A DNA stretch of 64,000 nt from Octopus sinensis. Taxonomy: Eukaryota. Position 1 is the first letter of the stretch. Every line of letters starts with the position of its first letter. Positions 38,930 to 51,309 of the stretch are shown piece by piece. The stretch is from NCBI RefSeq assembly GCF_006345805.1, contig NC_043004.1, forward strand, positions 21,018,001-21,082,000, in the 5' to 3' direction. The translations under genes and the position numbers were made by a program. The notes under the pieces were generated by a model, which worked only from the letters and a program-made list of their open reading frames with translations, had not been told where the DNA came from and made no database searches.

Positions 38930-38972
<43 letters not shown>

Positions 38973-39130
38973 CGATGGGTTTCTTTCAGTTTCCATCTAC
39001 CAAATCCACTCACAAGGCTTTGGTCAGCCCGAGGCTATAGTAGAAGACACATGCCCAAGGTGCCACACAGTGAAACTGAACCCGGAACCATGTAGTTGGT
39101 AAGCAAGCTACTTACCACATAGCCACTCCT
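38722..39130 (-). mobile_element. SINE family A, full length
   Basis: Reverse complement of the consensus from tail to GGAGTGGCT head. Confidence 0.9.
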
Positions 39131-39568
39131 ACGTCTAGCATTACTAACATTATTAAAACTATTAAAATAGTATGCCATTATGTGTTACTTGCTCAATGTC
39201 ATTTATTTTTTCAAATAATTCTGTGTATAGTTGCAAGTCATAAAGCCAAATATTGGTTTAACCAAAGGTGATTGAATTATAAGAGCAACAGAATAATGAT
39301 ACAGCAAAACAAAGAATTTAAAAAATCTTTCTTAAGGCAAAATGAATGACAACAACAACAACAACAATAACTCTCATTAAAACATGGAAGAAAGATAAAA
39401 TGTCAGCACTTCGTCATTGTTAATACTAATAGGATTTTTACACGCAAGTATTTCCTTTGAGAGTAGCTTCACACATGTACACACACAAATGCACACAATA
39501 CTTATGCACGTGCGTGTGTGTGTGTGTATGTTTGTCTTTGTACCTCTATAAACACACACACACACATG

Positions 39569-39599
<31 letters not shown>

Positions 39600-40025
39600 C
39601 ATGTAACCCAGTACTACCTGTTGCATGGTCGGGTCTTCGGCGACTAAACCAGCAACCCCACCAAGCTCGCTTGGTGAGGAGGGTGTTTATTGGTCACCAA
39701 AACCCGTCAAAGGGTGGAGGAACTCTTGAGAGTCAACGGCCATCCAATAAATGTCTTAAAGCTGTATCATGCACGGGGACATAGAAATAATCGGATTGAA
39801 TACCCGATCGCACAGTTAAACCATTGGGAGTGAAGGACTCCTAGCCTTTGTCAGGGCATCCTTCTAGGAGAAGGCAACTCAGGTAACTGGGATAACTCTG
39901 ACATAAAACCTGTGGCTCAATGGTTACCGATGATGTTGACTTGTTCTTCTTTTCGGATTATGACTGCTGTTGCTTAGTGAGTAGGATTGACTCAGTGCAC
40001 AGCCTTTCCTCACTTAAAAAAACAT
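39600..40025 (+). mobile_element. Unclassified GC-richer repeat resembling an RTE 5'UTR
   Basis: Motifs CGGCGACTAAAC and TCTAGGAGAAGGCAACTC. A reverse-complement relative lies at about 46285-46375. Confidence 0.4.
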
Positions 40026-40239
40026 CTTCTTGCACAGGCATTGCACAATAACAACATTGATTAAGCTTTGTGCAATGGCCATACTCGATAACGAGGGGGC
40101 AGCCACCATGTATGTATGTATGTATGTATGTATGTATGTATGTATGTATCTATCTATCTATCTATCTATCTATTATACCTACCAAAATGCACACATGAAT
40201 GTCAGCATGAAACATGGACATTAAAATGATGATATATAT

Positions 40240-41100
40240 ATGTATCCATTTTGCATTGACTGTCATAACTTGCCTGAAAATCCTGTGCACCAACTTGCAA
40301 AAACTTGGATTAGCTTGTGACTGACTTCACCAAAGTAACTGTATATGTATGTATGTATATATGGATGTATGTATGCATGCAAATTTGCATGTTTTAAGTA
40401 TGTATTCTCATGCATATAGTTGCATATCTAGACATGCTCATATATATTTAAAAGATAAACTTCTGGAAAGTTTTACAAATTTTTACAGTTCCAGTGATGG
40501 ATTGGATCTGTTGTCTTCAAATTAGCTTTCTTCTTTCTGGTTTTGAGAAGCCTAATTTCTCAAGATTGGTATTTAGGCAGTGTGCTACATATCACAAGGC
40601 CCCAATAGTTACAGGTATAAACCTGAACTTGTAATCTGGCCAGTTCAGCTTAACTTTTCTCTTTTTCACTGATCTTCAACTCTATGCAAACATCCACTGG
40701 ACAGCTGATTTCCCCAACTGTACACAGTTTCTCTTCTCTATCCCAAATCTGTTGTGCTTAAACTTTATTGAGGTCTTCACTGGTACATTCCACCAGTATC
40801 CCTTTTTATTATGAGTGACTATGGCTTCTACCATATTGTTGGTTCTTATTTCTTTGTCCTCAGGATTATCATTCTGATGGATTTCATTATAGAGTGTCCT
40901 AGCTAAAACGTCATGTCTCATCAGTAGATTATACCGTAATGACATTTTTGGACAACTGCTTATAATGTGGGTGATATATTCAGTGTGAACTCCACAAATT
41001 CTGCATTGGCTGTTACATTTTATGGCTTTTCCTGTAACTCTATCCCTTTCATGCATCAGATACTTGGTTGATATCTCCTGCTTCTGGATTACAAATGCAT
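40240..41100 (-). pseudogene. RLE-type non-LTR retrotransposon C-terminus (R4/NeSL-like), decayed
   Basis: CRICGVHTEYITHIISSC...RHDVLARTLY...WWNVPVKT...HNR, then YKFRFIPVTIGAL...QSITGTVKICKTF. Confidence 0.85.
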
Positions 41101-41110
41101 ACCCTTCAAA

Positions 41111-42030
41111 GTGGAAGTGGCAAAGGAGTATATTCAGCATATTTTGCTTTATGAGTTCAATAAGGGCAACAATGCAGTGAGAAGTATGAGAAATGTTAAT
41201 GCAGTATATGGTGATCGGATAATAGGCATAAGCCAGTGTCAACGGTGGTTCCAGAAATTCCGAGCTAAAAACTACAGCTTAGAAAACAAGCCTCATCCTG
41301 GAATATCTGAAGAGTTTAATGAGGATGTCCTTCAAACCTTGGTGGAACAAAATCCCATTGTAAATGTTGAGGAACTAGCAGAAAAGCTTGGATTTGGTCA
41401 TTCAACCATTCATCGACACCTGTGTGCCATTGGAAAAGTCAGAAAATTGGGTCAATGCATTTGTCACAATCTTTTCGAGTCTAATCATGCATACAGAATG
41501 AATGTGTGCTCTTCTTTGCTGTCACCTCTCTTTTTTGGACCGAATAATGACTGGAGGTGAGAAATGGGTTCTCTATAAAAATATCAAGCACCGAAGACTG
41601 GATAGAGAAAGGAGAAACACTAGCATCCCAGGCTAAAGAAGGTCTTCACCCATATAAGGTGTTGTTATCTGTTTGGTAGGATATGAAAGACTTATTCTAC
41701 TTTGAACATTTAAATCCAAACCCAACAATAACAAAGGTGATCTACTGCAAGTACCTTGAGTGGCTTAAGTCAGCGCTAGTAGTTAAACAACCATCTTTGG
41801 TTTGAGGACGAAAAGTGATGATGACATTCTAAAAGCTAGAGCAGTCTGAATGGGAAATGATGCCCCACCCACCATATTCACTGGACATTGCCTCATCTGA
41901 TTATCATTTATTTCACAGTCTTCAAAATCATTTGGATAGAAAAAATTCCTTATATGAGGTCAGAACACAACTGGAGGAATATTTTTTGTCATGAACAAGT
42001 GAATTTTGGAAGAGGAGCCTTGCGAGTCTA
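41111..42030 (+). pseudogene. Mariner transposase remnant (DD34D type, decayed)
   Basis: HTH region ILLYEFNKG...CQRWFQKFR, then IMTGGEKWV (from TGDEKW), LHPYKVLLSVW and HPPYSLDIASSDYHLF. No intact TIRs recognised. Confidence 0.92.
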
Positions 42031-42059
42031 CCAGATAGATGAAGAGCATTGCATGTCAT

Positions 42060-42610
42060 CTAAACTAACTCTCTCCCTAATTAGTTGGGCTATGAGGTGG
42101 GATGTGATGAAATCAAGGTGGTAAAGGAGTATATCTATCTATTGCACACAGTGAATATGTGTCCAGTTATGGATGCTGAAATCTCAAAAAGAATAAGGGC
42201 AAGATGAAATGCATTTAACTGAATAAAGGATCTGCTCAAATCAAAGCTAGACAATATCATTCATGCCAGATTCTTCTATGGCACTGTCCTACCTGCCCTC
42301 TCATATGCAAGTGAGAAGTGAGCTACAATGTAGAGGATTGAACATCGATTGGCTATAATCAAAGGGCCATAGAGAGGCCCATGCTAGGAATATCCTTACA
42401 AGAAGTACTTGAAATGAAATAATTTGAGAATAGAGTGGAGTGAATGATGTGATTGCAAAATACTGAAAGCACAAATTCCACTGGATGGACAGATCACAAG
42501 GTTCACAGACAGCAGGTGGAACTGTGCAGTTGCTGAATTGTATACATGAGACTGGAAAGGCCACTTAGAAGGCCTCCATGAAGATGGGAAGATGATCTGG
42601 TTATGCAGTT
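42060..42610 (+). pseudogene. RTE LINE ORF2 C-terminal fragment, heavily decayed
   Basis: KEYIYL...EISKRIRA...TVLPALSYASE...KFHW...RWEDDL. Confidence 0.7.
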
Positions 42611-42719
42611 TAGATCAAAATGGAAAAAATAGTACAATCAAGACCGAATCAGAATTAGAAGCACATTGTGACCAGAAGCACACACCAGTATCTAATGATC
42701 TGGGACCACTTCTGCTTCT

Positions 42720-42990
42720 CCTCAGTTCAAACATTTGAGCAAAGTTTACTCCAACATCAGGACCAACTTTGTGCAAGAATGCAGGCATGCTGACAAAATA
42801 CTGCTCTGCTAAATGGAAACCTTACCTGTCATTGTGGTTTTGAGACACGAAGCAAAGCAGGCCTTGCCACCCCCTCAAGAAAACACATAGTAAATGATCT
42901 ACAAGTATTCAAGCAAACTGAGTCCTTGACTGGTTCCATTTGCCAGAAGGCTTGCAAGGTACAAGCAGGCCTCAAGAGACACATTCGTGT
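42720..42990 (+). pseudogene. LINE (probably RTE) ORF2 tail with two C2H2-like fingers
   Basis: LTCHCGFETRSKAGLA...KKTH and SICQKACKVQAGLKRHIRV. Confidence 0.5.
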
Positions 42991-43089
42991 CTATAGAACA
43001 TAAAGCTTTATTTTACTGAACCTTCATTTGTCATTCATGATGGGAGAATCCACATATATATATATGTATATATATTATATATATATATA

Positions 43090-43274
43090 TAGGGAAAATT
43101 CACAAAAAAACAAAAGACGAAGACAGGTGGTGTAGACAACAAACAGATGCATTAGTATAATGCTCAGGAAGTGAAAAAGTTTTTAACGTTTCGAGCCTAC
43201 ACTCTTCCACTGAAAGCAACACAGAAAGGAAACAAGTAGAGGAAATAAAGAGTGGGTAGTGGCTAGCGATCTAT

Positions 43275-43275
<1 letters not shown>
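43090..43275 (-). mobile_element. Short (TA)n-flanked element with a degenerate hammerhead motif
   Basis: Minus strand CAGUGGA-A-GAGU-GUAG-GCUC-GAAACGUU at about 43180-43212. The core is mutated. Confidence 0.45.
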
Positions 43276-43325
<50 letters not shown>

Positions 43326-44447
43326 GTAAGAGAGAGTGGGTAAAGACTGACGTTTTTGAATATGTATATGTATGTTATGTATTCATTACTTTTAATTTTT
43401 AATCATATTCTGTAACTCAAAATTAAGTTTGAACAAATAGTTCTTCCTGGTGGCATTAAAAAACAGAATTGGGAAATTTCAATATTAACTGAACATCGTG
43501 GGAAAAAGAAATTTGGACAGAAACGCAGTAAAGTTGTAAGTTAAAAATTACATTACTTTAAAGAAATAATGTTTTTATGAAATTGTTCTTCAAAGTTTTA
43601 AGGTAAAAATGAATTTGAATACAAATTACTATTATGCAAAATCAATAATGTATTGGAGAAAAAGTGTGGTTAAGCCTCCAAATAAAAATCAATACATACA
43701 TGTATATTAGTATACCCATGATGTCAAAAATGCTGACTATTATTTATGATAGAAAATGGCATATTGAAACAATGAGTGAAATCATTGCTAAATGTCAGCA
43801 ATTGGTTAAATATATACATGTACACAGAAGTGAATCACTTGAAGAATCAGATACAGTTGTAAGGGCTCATTTGAAAATATTATCATCCACATAATGTGTA
43901 TCTACTTTTTCACATTTGCATGGATCAGAGACATTTAGTATGGCTTGGTACCCTGCCTGTTGCCGACTCTCACCTATTGCTTAGTAATATTTCATCATGC
44001 CCATACATGTGTTATATGGAAGACTGGAAATGAAGAACTCCTCTTGCATGGCAGCAACACTTGCTTACTACCATTCTCTCATGTCATGCAAGGAGACATT
44101 AAAACACACACACACACACATGCTAATACACACATATATAAATGCATATATATACATACATGCTTACAAAGCTTTAGTCAATCCCAGGAAATAGTGGAAG
44201 ACACTTGCCCAAGTTGGCTATCCATGCCTATATGTGTGTGTGTGTCTGTATATATATATTATACAGATATATACATCTATATGTATAAATTATTGATATA
44301 TACATATATATTTATATACACATTATATATACAATATAAATGTAAATTTCTATATATCTTCACTGAGTCACATAAATATGAGTGATTGATTATTAGACAT
44401 AACTTAAAGGTCTCACCTAATGTTAAAAGAATATTAATAAACATATG

Positions 44448-44486
<39 letters not shown>

Positions 44487-44754
44487 GATATGTATATATA
44501 TATAGATATGTATATATGTATATACATACATATGTATATATATATATATTGAAGTAGATAAATGAATTATCTTATTACGGATAATTCAAATGATAACCGA
44601 TACCTGGGTAGCAAAAATCACACAGAAAAAGCACGGTTGAAGTTATGACCATGGGGCATAAAAACCGTGCCTTAGTGCGGCAATTTGAAGTTTTATATAT
44701 TAAGTGTAGGAAAAAATAGAGCTGAACGAAGATTTAACAAAATTCCTTTATATT

Positions 44755-44840
44755 ATTTTCTACATATGTTTCGAAGGCTGCAAAGTCCCTAATTCAGATT
44801 GAATAAGGAGTCCATTTTGCAGCTTTCTCTTCAGGAAAAT
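44755..44840 (-). ncRNA. Type I hammerhead ribozyme, near-canonical
   Basis: AUUUUC-CUGAAGA-GAAAGCUGCAAA...UUUGCAGCCUUC-GAAAC-AUAU-GUA-GAAAAU. 6-bp stem I, 12-bp stem II with one mismatch, palindromic stem III ACAUAUGU, GUA site. Confidence 0.8.
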
Positions 44841-45162
44841 CCAGGAACTTAATTCTCCAACAAAATGCACAACAAGCTTTTCGACAAACACTCACGAGGA
44901 GCCCATGAAATAAATGACACAAACTGTCTATCTATATGCGTTGACGCCAGACTGGGTGAAAGCAGAAGAGATTGTCCGTTGAGATAGTTCAAGGTCAGAA
45001 TCCGGTTGGCAGAAGGTGGGTACAGGAAAATCAAAGAGTGTGAATGTATTCTGTATGACTGGTGTTTATATTTGAATTATTTTAAGAATGAGTGTTAGAG
45101 TGTTTGAGTGTGAGAAATTGCTTTAATATATGTGTGTGCGTCTATGTATGTGTGACAGTGTG

Positions 45163-45465
45163 TTTCGAAGGCAGAAAGAGAGAGAGATATAGCAGGTATT
45201 AACGGTCAAGAAACTGAAAAAACTGTGTCTGTGTGTTCGTATGTGACCACTTGATAGAGAGAGGGTGTCCACAATGGCCATGGCAGGATACAGTGTTGCT
45301 GTCAGGGATGGCAGCAGTTCTTGACAACTAGCAGATCTTATACTAACAGGGAAGGGATATCACCTTTCAAATTTTTTTTCAAATTTTTTTCAAATTTTTT
45401 TCAAATTTTTTTCAGTTTCTTGACCGTTAATACCTGCTATATCTCTCTCTCTTTCTGCCTCGAAA
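45163..45465. mobile_element. MITE-like element with about 60-bp near-perfect terminal inverted repeats
   Basis: 45163-45222 versus 45407-45465 differ by one indel. The interior has an 11-12-bp TTTCAAATTTT tandem. Confidence 0.75.
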
Positions 45466-46509
45466 GTATATCCATGCATAGATGGACATGTCCAAATACT
45501 TACATATGATGTACATGAACACATCATTATGCACATACATATAAATATATATGTACACAAACTCATATACCAATGCACATCAGCATGCAGCCCCATGATG
45601 CACTCTGACTCCAGATTCAATATAGAGATGGTACTAACTGAGGCATTTATATAAATAAATAAAACAAGTGGGTTGGGGTTTATTACAGCTGTTTCAGATG
45701 CATTTTTCATTGATGAATAATGGGATTGCATCATGAGAAAACCTTTTTCCTCAGGAGAATTTGAAATTTTAAATCTGGCTCAGGAAAAATACCAAGATGT
45801 GGAATGTGTGTTGACTTGCTCATTTGGCAGCAAGTAGGAGAATGAAAGCATACCATTGTATAGCCAGATTTCCTGTGTCTGTGTCATAAAACAACCAGCA
45901 GACAATGCCACTCTAAATTATGTCTTTAAATAGATGGCAAGAGATAAAGCTTAAGAAGAAAACAAAGATAATTGAATGGGGGGGGGGCAGATGAGAGGCT
46001 AGGTTGCCTTATATAAGCATATTGTAGTGGAGATTCTTGGAGGGCGGGGACGTCTCACTACCTGTACAGGACCAGAAGGACCTGCCTACTGCCTATACGA
46101 TATATACAATCTTAAAATTAAAAATAAAAAAAGAACACTATATACATACAATACACACACACAGAGTCCAAAATGTGTATATACACAATACACACACATA
46201 ACACTTCACAAACACAGATACTTGAATGGCCGTTGACTACATTGTAGTTCCTCTGTCCTTTGACAGTCTTATTTTTTGTCCTGCAGGGTGTTCAACAAGC
46301 ACCCACCTCACCAAGCAAACCTGGGGCGGTTGCCAGTTTAGTCGCCGACGACCTGACCAAGACAAAGTTCTTGGCACCAAAAAATAGATAAATTATTACT
46401 GAACTACAGACTATTTATAATAACATTTATGATAACATATACTTCATACATATATATTATTCACACTCACATGCATTCATGCACACATACACCTATAATC
46501 CTACATATG

Positions 46510-46790
46510 TAGGTTTACATGTGTATGTGCTGGTGCCCTGTAAAAAGCACCCATATCATGTGTCATGTAAACCAACCTGTGCTTGTACTGTGTACAAGCA
46601 CCCAGTATACTCTGTAAAGGGGTTCATATTAGGAAGGGCATCCAGCCATAGAAACCATACTGAAACAGACACAGAGCCTTGGTAGCACTTCAGCTGGCCA
46701 GCTCCTGTCAAACCATCAAACCCATGCCAGCATGGAAAGTGGATGTTAAAATGGTAATAATAATGATGATGATGATGATGATGCATATAT
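46510..46790 (+). mobile_element. RTE 3' end (diverged)
   Basis: TAGGAAGGGCATCCAGCCATAGAAAC...ATGTTAAA and (GAT)n. Confidence 0.75.
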
Positions 46791-47197
46791 GATGATGGCA
46801 ACTCCCGTTGTATAAGTATTTGAAGGAGAGGATCTAAAAAAGAAGTGAAAACAAAGAGAAAACAACTTTAAAAATAAACGAATAAACTCAAATTACATTC
46901 ACGATGAATGCGTGAATGTAATTTAAGTTTAGGTATGGCTTTTCCTATAAAGTCACAATGGGGACACTGATGATTTTGATTTTACCTGAGATTGGGCAAA
47001 TGTGTCCGTTGATTGCAGGCTATAGTTCTTTTATTTTTCTATTTTTTCCAACTGAAATTGTCTTGATGCTCCAAGACACATTTTCACCATGCAGATCATA
47101 TTAGGTAATAACTTTCCTGAGATCACCTGTTGGGGATAAAGAAGAAATTTCAGAATATTCATCTTTCATTTGAACGTGTCCTACCTATATATAAGCA

Positions 47198-47232
<35 letters not shown>

Positions 47233-47289
47233 CATCAGTACATCTACTTGTACATATGCACATATTTGCATATACATCTACATACTACA

Positions 47290-47452
47290 CTTTTGGAGTG
47301 GTTGGTGTTAGGAAAGGCATCCAGCTGTAGAAACTTTACCAGATCGGATTAGAGCCTGGTACAGCCTTCTGGTTTGTCAGCCCTTAGTCAAACCGTTCAA
47401 CCCATGCCAGCAGGGAAAGAAGACATTAAACAATGACGATGATGATGATGAT
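47290..47452 (+). mobile_element. RTE 3' end
   Basis: GTTAGGAAAGGCATCCAGCTGTAGAAAC...(GAT)n. Confidence 0.8.
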
Positions 47453-47517
47453 ACATGAATGAATGCTTAGGTACATAAAATATGATATATAATATATATA
47501 TAATATATATTTATGTG

Positions 47518-47550
<33 letters not shown>

Positions 47551-47553
<3 letters not shown>

Positions 47554-47681
47554 ATTAATTAGAGACAAAACCACTATTTTGTCTCTAATTAATATTATAT
47601 AATATTTTACTATAAAATTGGATTTAATCCTAAATCTGATTTTTTTTCCCTGTAAATTTGGATTTATTCCCTAATATTTAT

Positions 47682-47686
<5 letters not shown>
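47551..47686. mobile_element. Centre-deleted derivative of the 7799-8275 palindromic element
   Basis: Mini-hairpin ATTAATTAGAGACAAAA-CCACTA-TTTTGTCTCTAATTAAT followed by the same unique tail. Confidence 0.85.
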
Positions 47687-47718
<32 letters not shown>

Positions 47719-48941
47719 TGTATATTTGTATTAATATGTGTGAGCTGTTATAGTACGGCCAAAATTAACTGTACAGTTTAGGAATACTCACCCTATGCTT
47801 TTTTTTCTTTTTCCCTGTGTTCTTTGTAAGTGATATAATGTTTTTTTTTTTTTTTGTAATGGCTTTGACAACACTCAAATCTGATTTGGCAAAAAGAGAT
47901 AAGCATGAGTTAACTAACATTGAATGGCATATCTTAGACTGTAATGTTTCTAAATAATAGAATTCATTTGTGAGAGAAATATCATATCTCAAACCACTCC
48001 TTACCACTAATGAACAGAAGGACAGAGCTAATATAGACCCAGTATGAATACTTTTGTTATTTTGTTTCAAGAAAACAGCCGCAAGCATTGATTAATGTCA
48101 GACATATGTCATGTTTATCAGATATTTTATCTTGCCACAACACATTAGCATAATAGTATTTAAATATATATTAAATGGGATTTCAGTCTTACTTATCATG
48201 CTATTAATGTTATAGTTTCTTCCTAATTCAGTATTAAATGCTACAATAATCTAATTACCTAAATAGAAAACCAATAGTCATTAGTCTGTTAAGTCAAACT
48301 ATTTTTTTTTTATATTTGTTATTTCTTTCCCCACGGTCCATTGTTGAATTATTCTGCCAGAATTTGATCTTTGCACATGTCAGTTTCTATTGTATAATTT
48401 AATCTTCAATTTATTGGTTTTTGTCTGAGAAAGAGGGTTGATTCTATAACATGTGCATTTTTGATTAATGAGTGATATAGTTACTGTTCCTCTTCACCAG
48501 TGGTAAGTTGGTGGCTACAAAAAAAAAATAAGATAAATAAATAAATAAAGTGCAGGGAGATTTTCCAAGGGACTGATCTTCTGGGAAGGAAGACTCAAAA
48601 AATGTCAACAATGTAGGTTATGCAAAGAAAAGGACAGGCTTAGTAAGGATGGATCCGAGTTGATGATGCAAGAGATCAGTTAGATTTGAAAAGCTAAGGT
48701 CACAGTAGCAGGGATAGAAGATGCAATATAAGGATGCAGTAAGTAAGGGCCAGAAGTTTGCAGTGTGTTCATGAGAATCTCCCTACCATTCCTTCAGATA
48801 GTCTAATTTTGGAAGTGGTAAGAAATGTTGTATGTGCAGTAGCAAAACTGCAGTCTCAGATGTGGGGGAATTGTATTCACTAGAAATTTATCACCAGTAC
48901 TAATTATCCTCCAATCTCAATTTAGCTCATTATTTGATGTG

Positions 48942-48979
<38 letters not shown>

Positions 48980-49876
48980 TAGACTGGTATCACTGAGGAC
49001 AGCAGATCCTGTCTGCTTTTAGAAACAATAAGCGTCTTTGTATGAACTGTCAAACAGTTTTAGAAGGGCCACTCATCTTCACTATCTTTACTTTCAATTT
49101 AGGATATCAATTGATTAAATCGAATCAGTTCAATCTCATCAATACCTGACGTCATTGACTTACTTTTATTTGTATTCTCATGATTTGCATCAATATTTTT
49201 TGATTTTGTTGGTTTGTTTTATAAAATTTTATCTCATTTCTTCTCTGTAGTCTTAATCCACAGGGACAGTGTTTATTCATCACACATCCTGCCTTCTTTC
49301 TCGCTTCATTACTCTACAGATTTACGCCATTCATTCTTTTTAAGGTTCTCATCTATTAGTATACAATTTATTTTCCTTATTTCCCTAAAGGATTTAATTC
49401 ATTCCCCACGAACAATTTATTTCCATTTATTACTGCTGTGAGACATTTTCAAATATCTCTGTTATTGTCCTTCACAGACAATTACTTGTTTCACCTGTTC
49501 AATCATTTCTAGCATGTTTGTTTTACAGTAAGTTTCTTTCTATTTTTACTTCCTAGACACACACACACACACACACGGATAATAATGCAAATATATTTGT
49601 GAGTATGCATGTATGTGTATATGTAGGTATGTGTGTATGTATATATAAATATATATATATATATATGTATGTACAAATATATATATATATGTATGTATAT
49701 ATATATATTTATATATATATATATATATACATATACATCCAAACAAATATATATTTATAAATACATATGCATTGTATATATATATATATATAAACACACA
49801 CACAAACGCACACACACATATATATGCATACAAATATGCATATATGAATATTTATGTATAGTGTGTGTACATACAT

Positions 49877-49927
<51 letters not shown>

Positions 49928-50262
49928 ATGTATGTATTTATATATGTATATATATATATATATATATATACATACTTCGTATGTACATATTTAATTTTTA
50001 TATATGTTTAAATCCTCTCTATCTATCTATATTTAATTTCATTGGGGACACCTTCTAATGCATTTTTATTATTATTAAGAGATATTTTTCAAATTTCTGC
50101 TAAGTCTGAATTGTTTGCTTCCAACTACTTTTCATTTATCCAAGCAAAATCAAACAATTTTTTTTATATCCAAAACTTCAACATATATGCACTTACTCTG
50201 CTGTAATATATCATGCATGCATAGCTAATATCAATTTATTTATTTGTTTCATCTATATTACC

Positions 50263-50296
<34 letters not shown>

Positions 50297-50651
50297 CATA
50301 CATATGTGTGTGACAGTGGGGTGTACATATATACACACATCTATACCGATTGATTCTATGACAAATTTTCCCATGCTAGCATGGAGTGACAAGATTTATT
50401 GAAGTAGTCTTCTATAGCTCGATGCCCTTCCTGTTACCGACTTTAATTTTTATTTCATTGGCTTTTTCATAAAAACATTCCCTCAAGTTCAGAATGTATT
50501 GTTTACAGGAACCATAAACAAGAGCTATATATAAATAAATATATACATAAGTAAGCACATAAATGCAAAACTAGACAGAAAAAATTAGTACCCAAATACC
50601 AAAAGTAAAGTAATATAAAAGCATCATGTTTTTGCAGCTTTAATAGAAGAA

Positions 50652-50706
<55 letters not shown>

Positions 50707-50710
<4 letters not shown>

Positions 50711-51110
50711 AGGTGCATTCAAAAGAGATATCCAATTTTATTTATTCCTGCCAAAAGTAATGTTGTGTGGGCAAAATCCTCTGGGTGGGAAGAGATGCCA
50801 CCCTTCCTGCTCATATGTGATAATTTTTGCACCAGTAGTCCTCGACAGTTCCTGGCTTTTATGCCAAATGTACAGATGTGTAGTGCTTGCTTGTCAGATT
50901 TCCACTTGCATGCAAGATGACAGAACATTTAGCAGAGATACTGGATCAAGTTTTGCCAAAAGCTTGGCAATACTCAAGCAAAACCCATCCAGAAGATTCG
51001 TTAAGTGTGAAACTCAGATCAAGGAGTGGTACAACTGCCTCAGACATGGCTGTGCCTCAGTGGAGATGCGGCATGCTCAGGCAGATAACCCACAAGCAGT
51101 AATGAGCAGG
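50707..51110 (+). pseudogene. Mariner element 5' fragment (TIR plus N-terminal HTH)
   Basis: TA-GAGGTGCATTCAAAAG TIR-like start. MTEHL/QRYWIKFCQKLGNTQAKPIQKI and TQIKEWYNCLRHGCASVE. Confidence 0.8.
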
Positions 51111-51112
51111 GT

Positions 51113-51282
51113 ATCTGACTTGCTAGAAAGAGCAGTTAAAACTCCAAGCCACCAATTGTTGTAATTCTGAAAGTGATTGGAAAATAAAAGTATTAAAGTA
51201 AAAGTTTTTATTTTCCAATCACTTTCGGAATTACAACATTTGGTGGCTTGGAGTTTTAACTGCTCTTTCTAGTGAGTCAGAT
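51113..51282. repeat. Fold-back inverted repeat, about 77-bp arms and 16-bp spacer
   Basis: CTAGAAAGAGCAGTTAAAACTCCAAGCCACCAA... is mirrored by ...TTGGTGGCTTGGAGTTTTAACTGCTCTTTCTAG. Confidence 0.9.
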
Positions 51283-51309
51283 ATCCTATATATATATATA
51301 TATATATAG

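Noticed and set aside
39610-39670. HDV-like ribozyme
   Set aside because: Only a simple hairpin can be drawn; the P1/P2/P3 nested pseudoknot could not be assembled.
45755-45833. Possible exon GEFEILNLAQEKYQDVECVLTCSFGS
   Set aside because: Good acceptor, but no recognisable family or neighbouring exons. The flanking frame looks like decayed coding sequence.
46005-46052. GC box plus TATA-like core promoter
   Set aside because: Short motifs expected by chance, with no downstream gene identified.
47860-48050. Second GIY-YIG-like remnant (TTLKSDLAKRDKHELTNIEWHIL)
   Set aside because: Similarity is too weak to call by eye.
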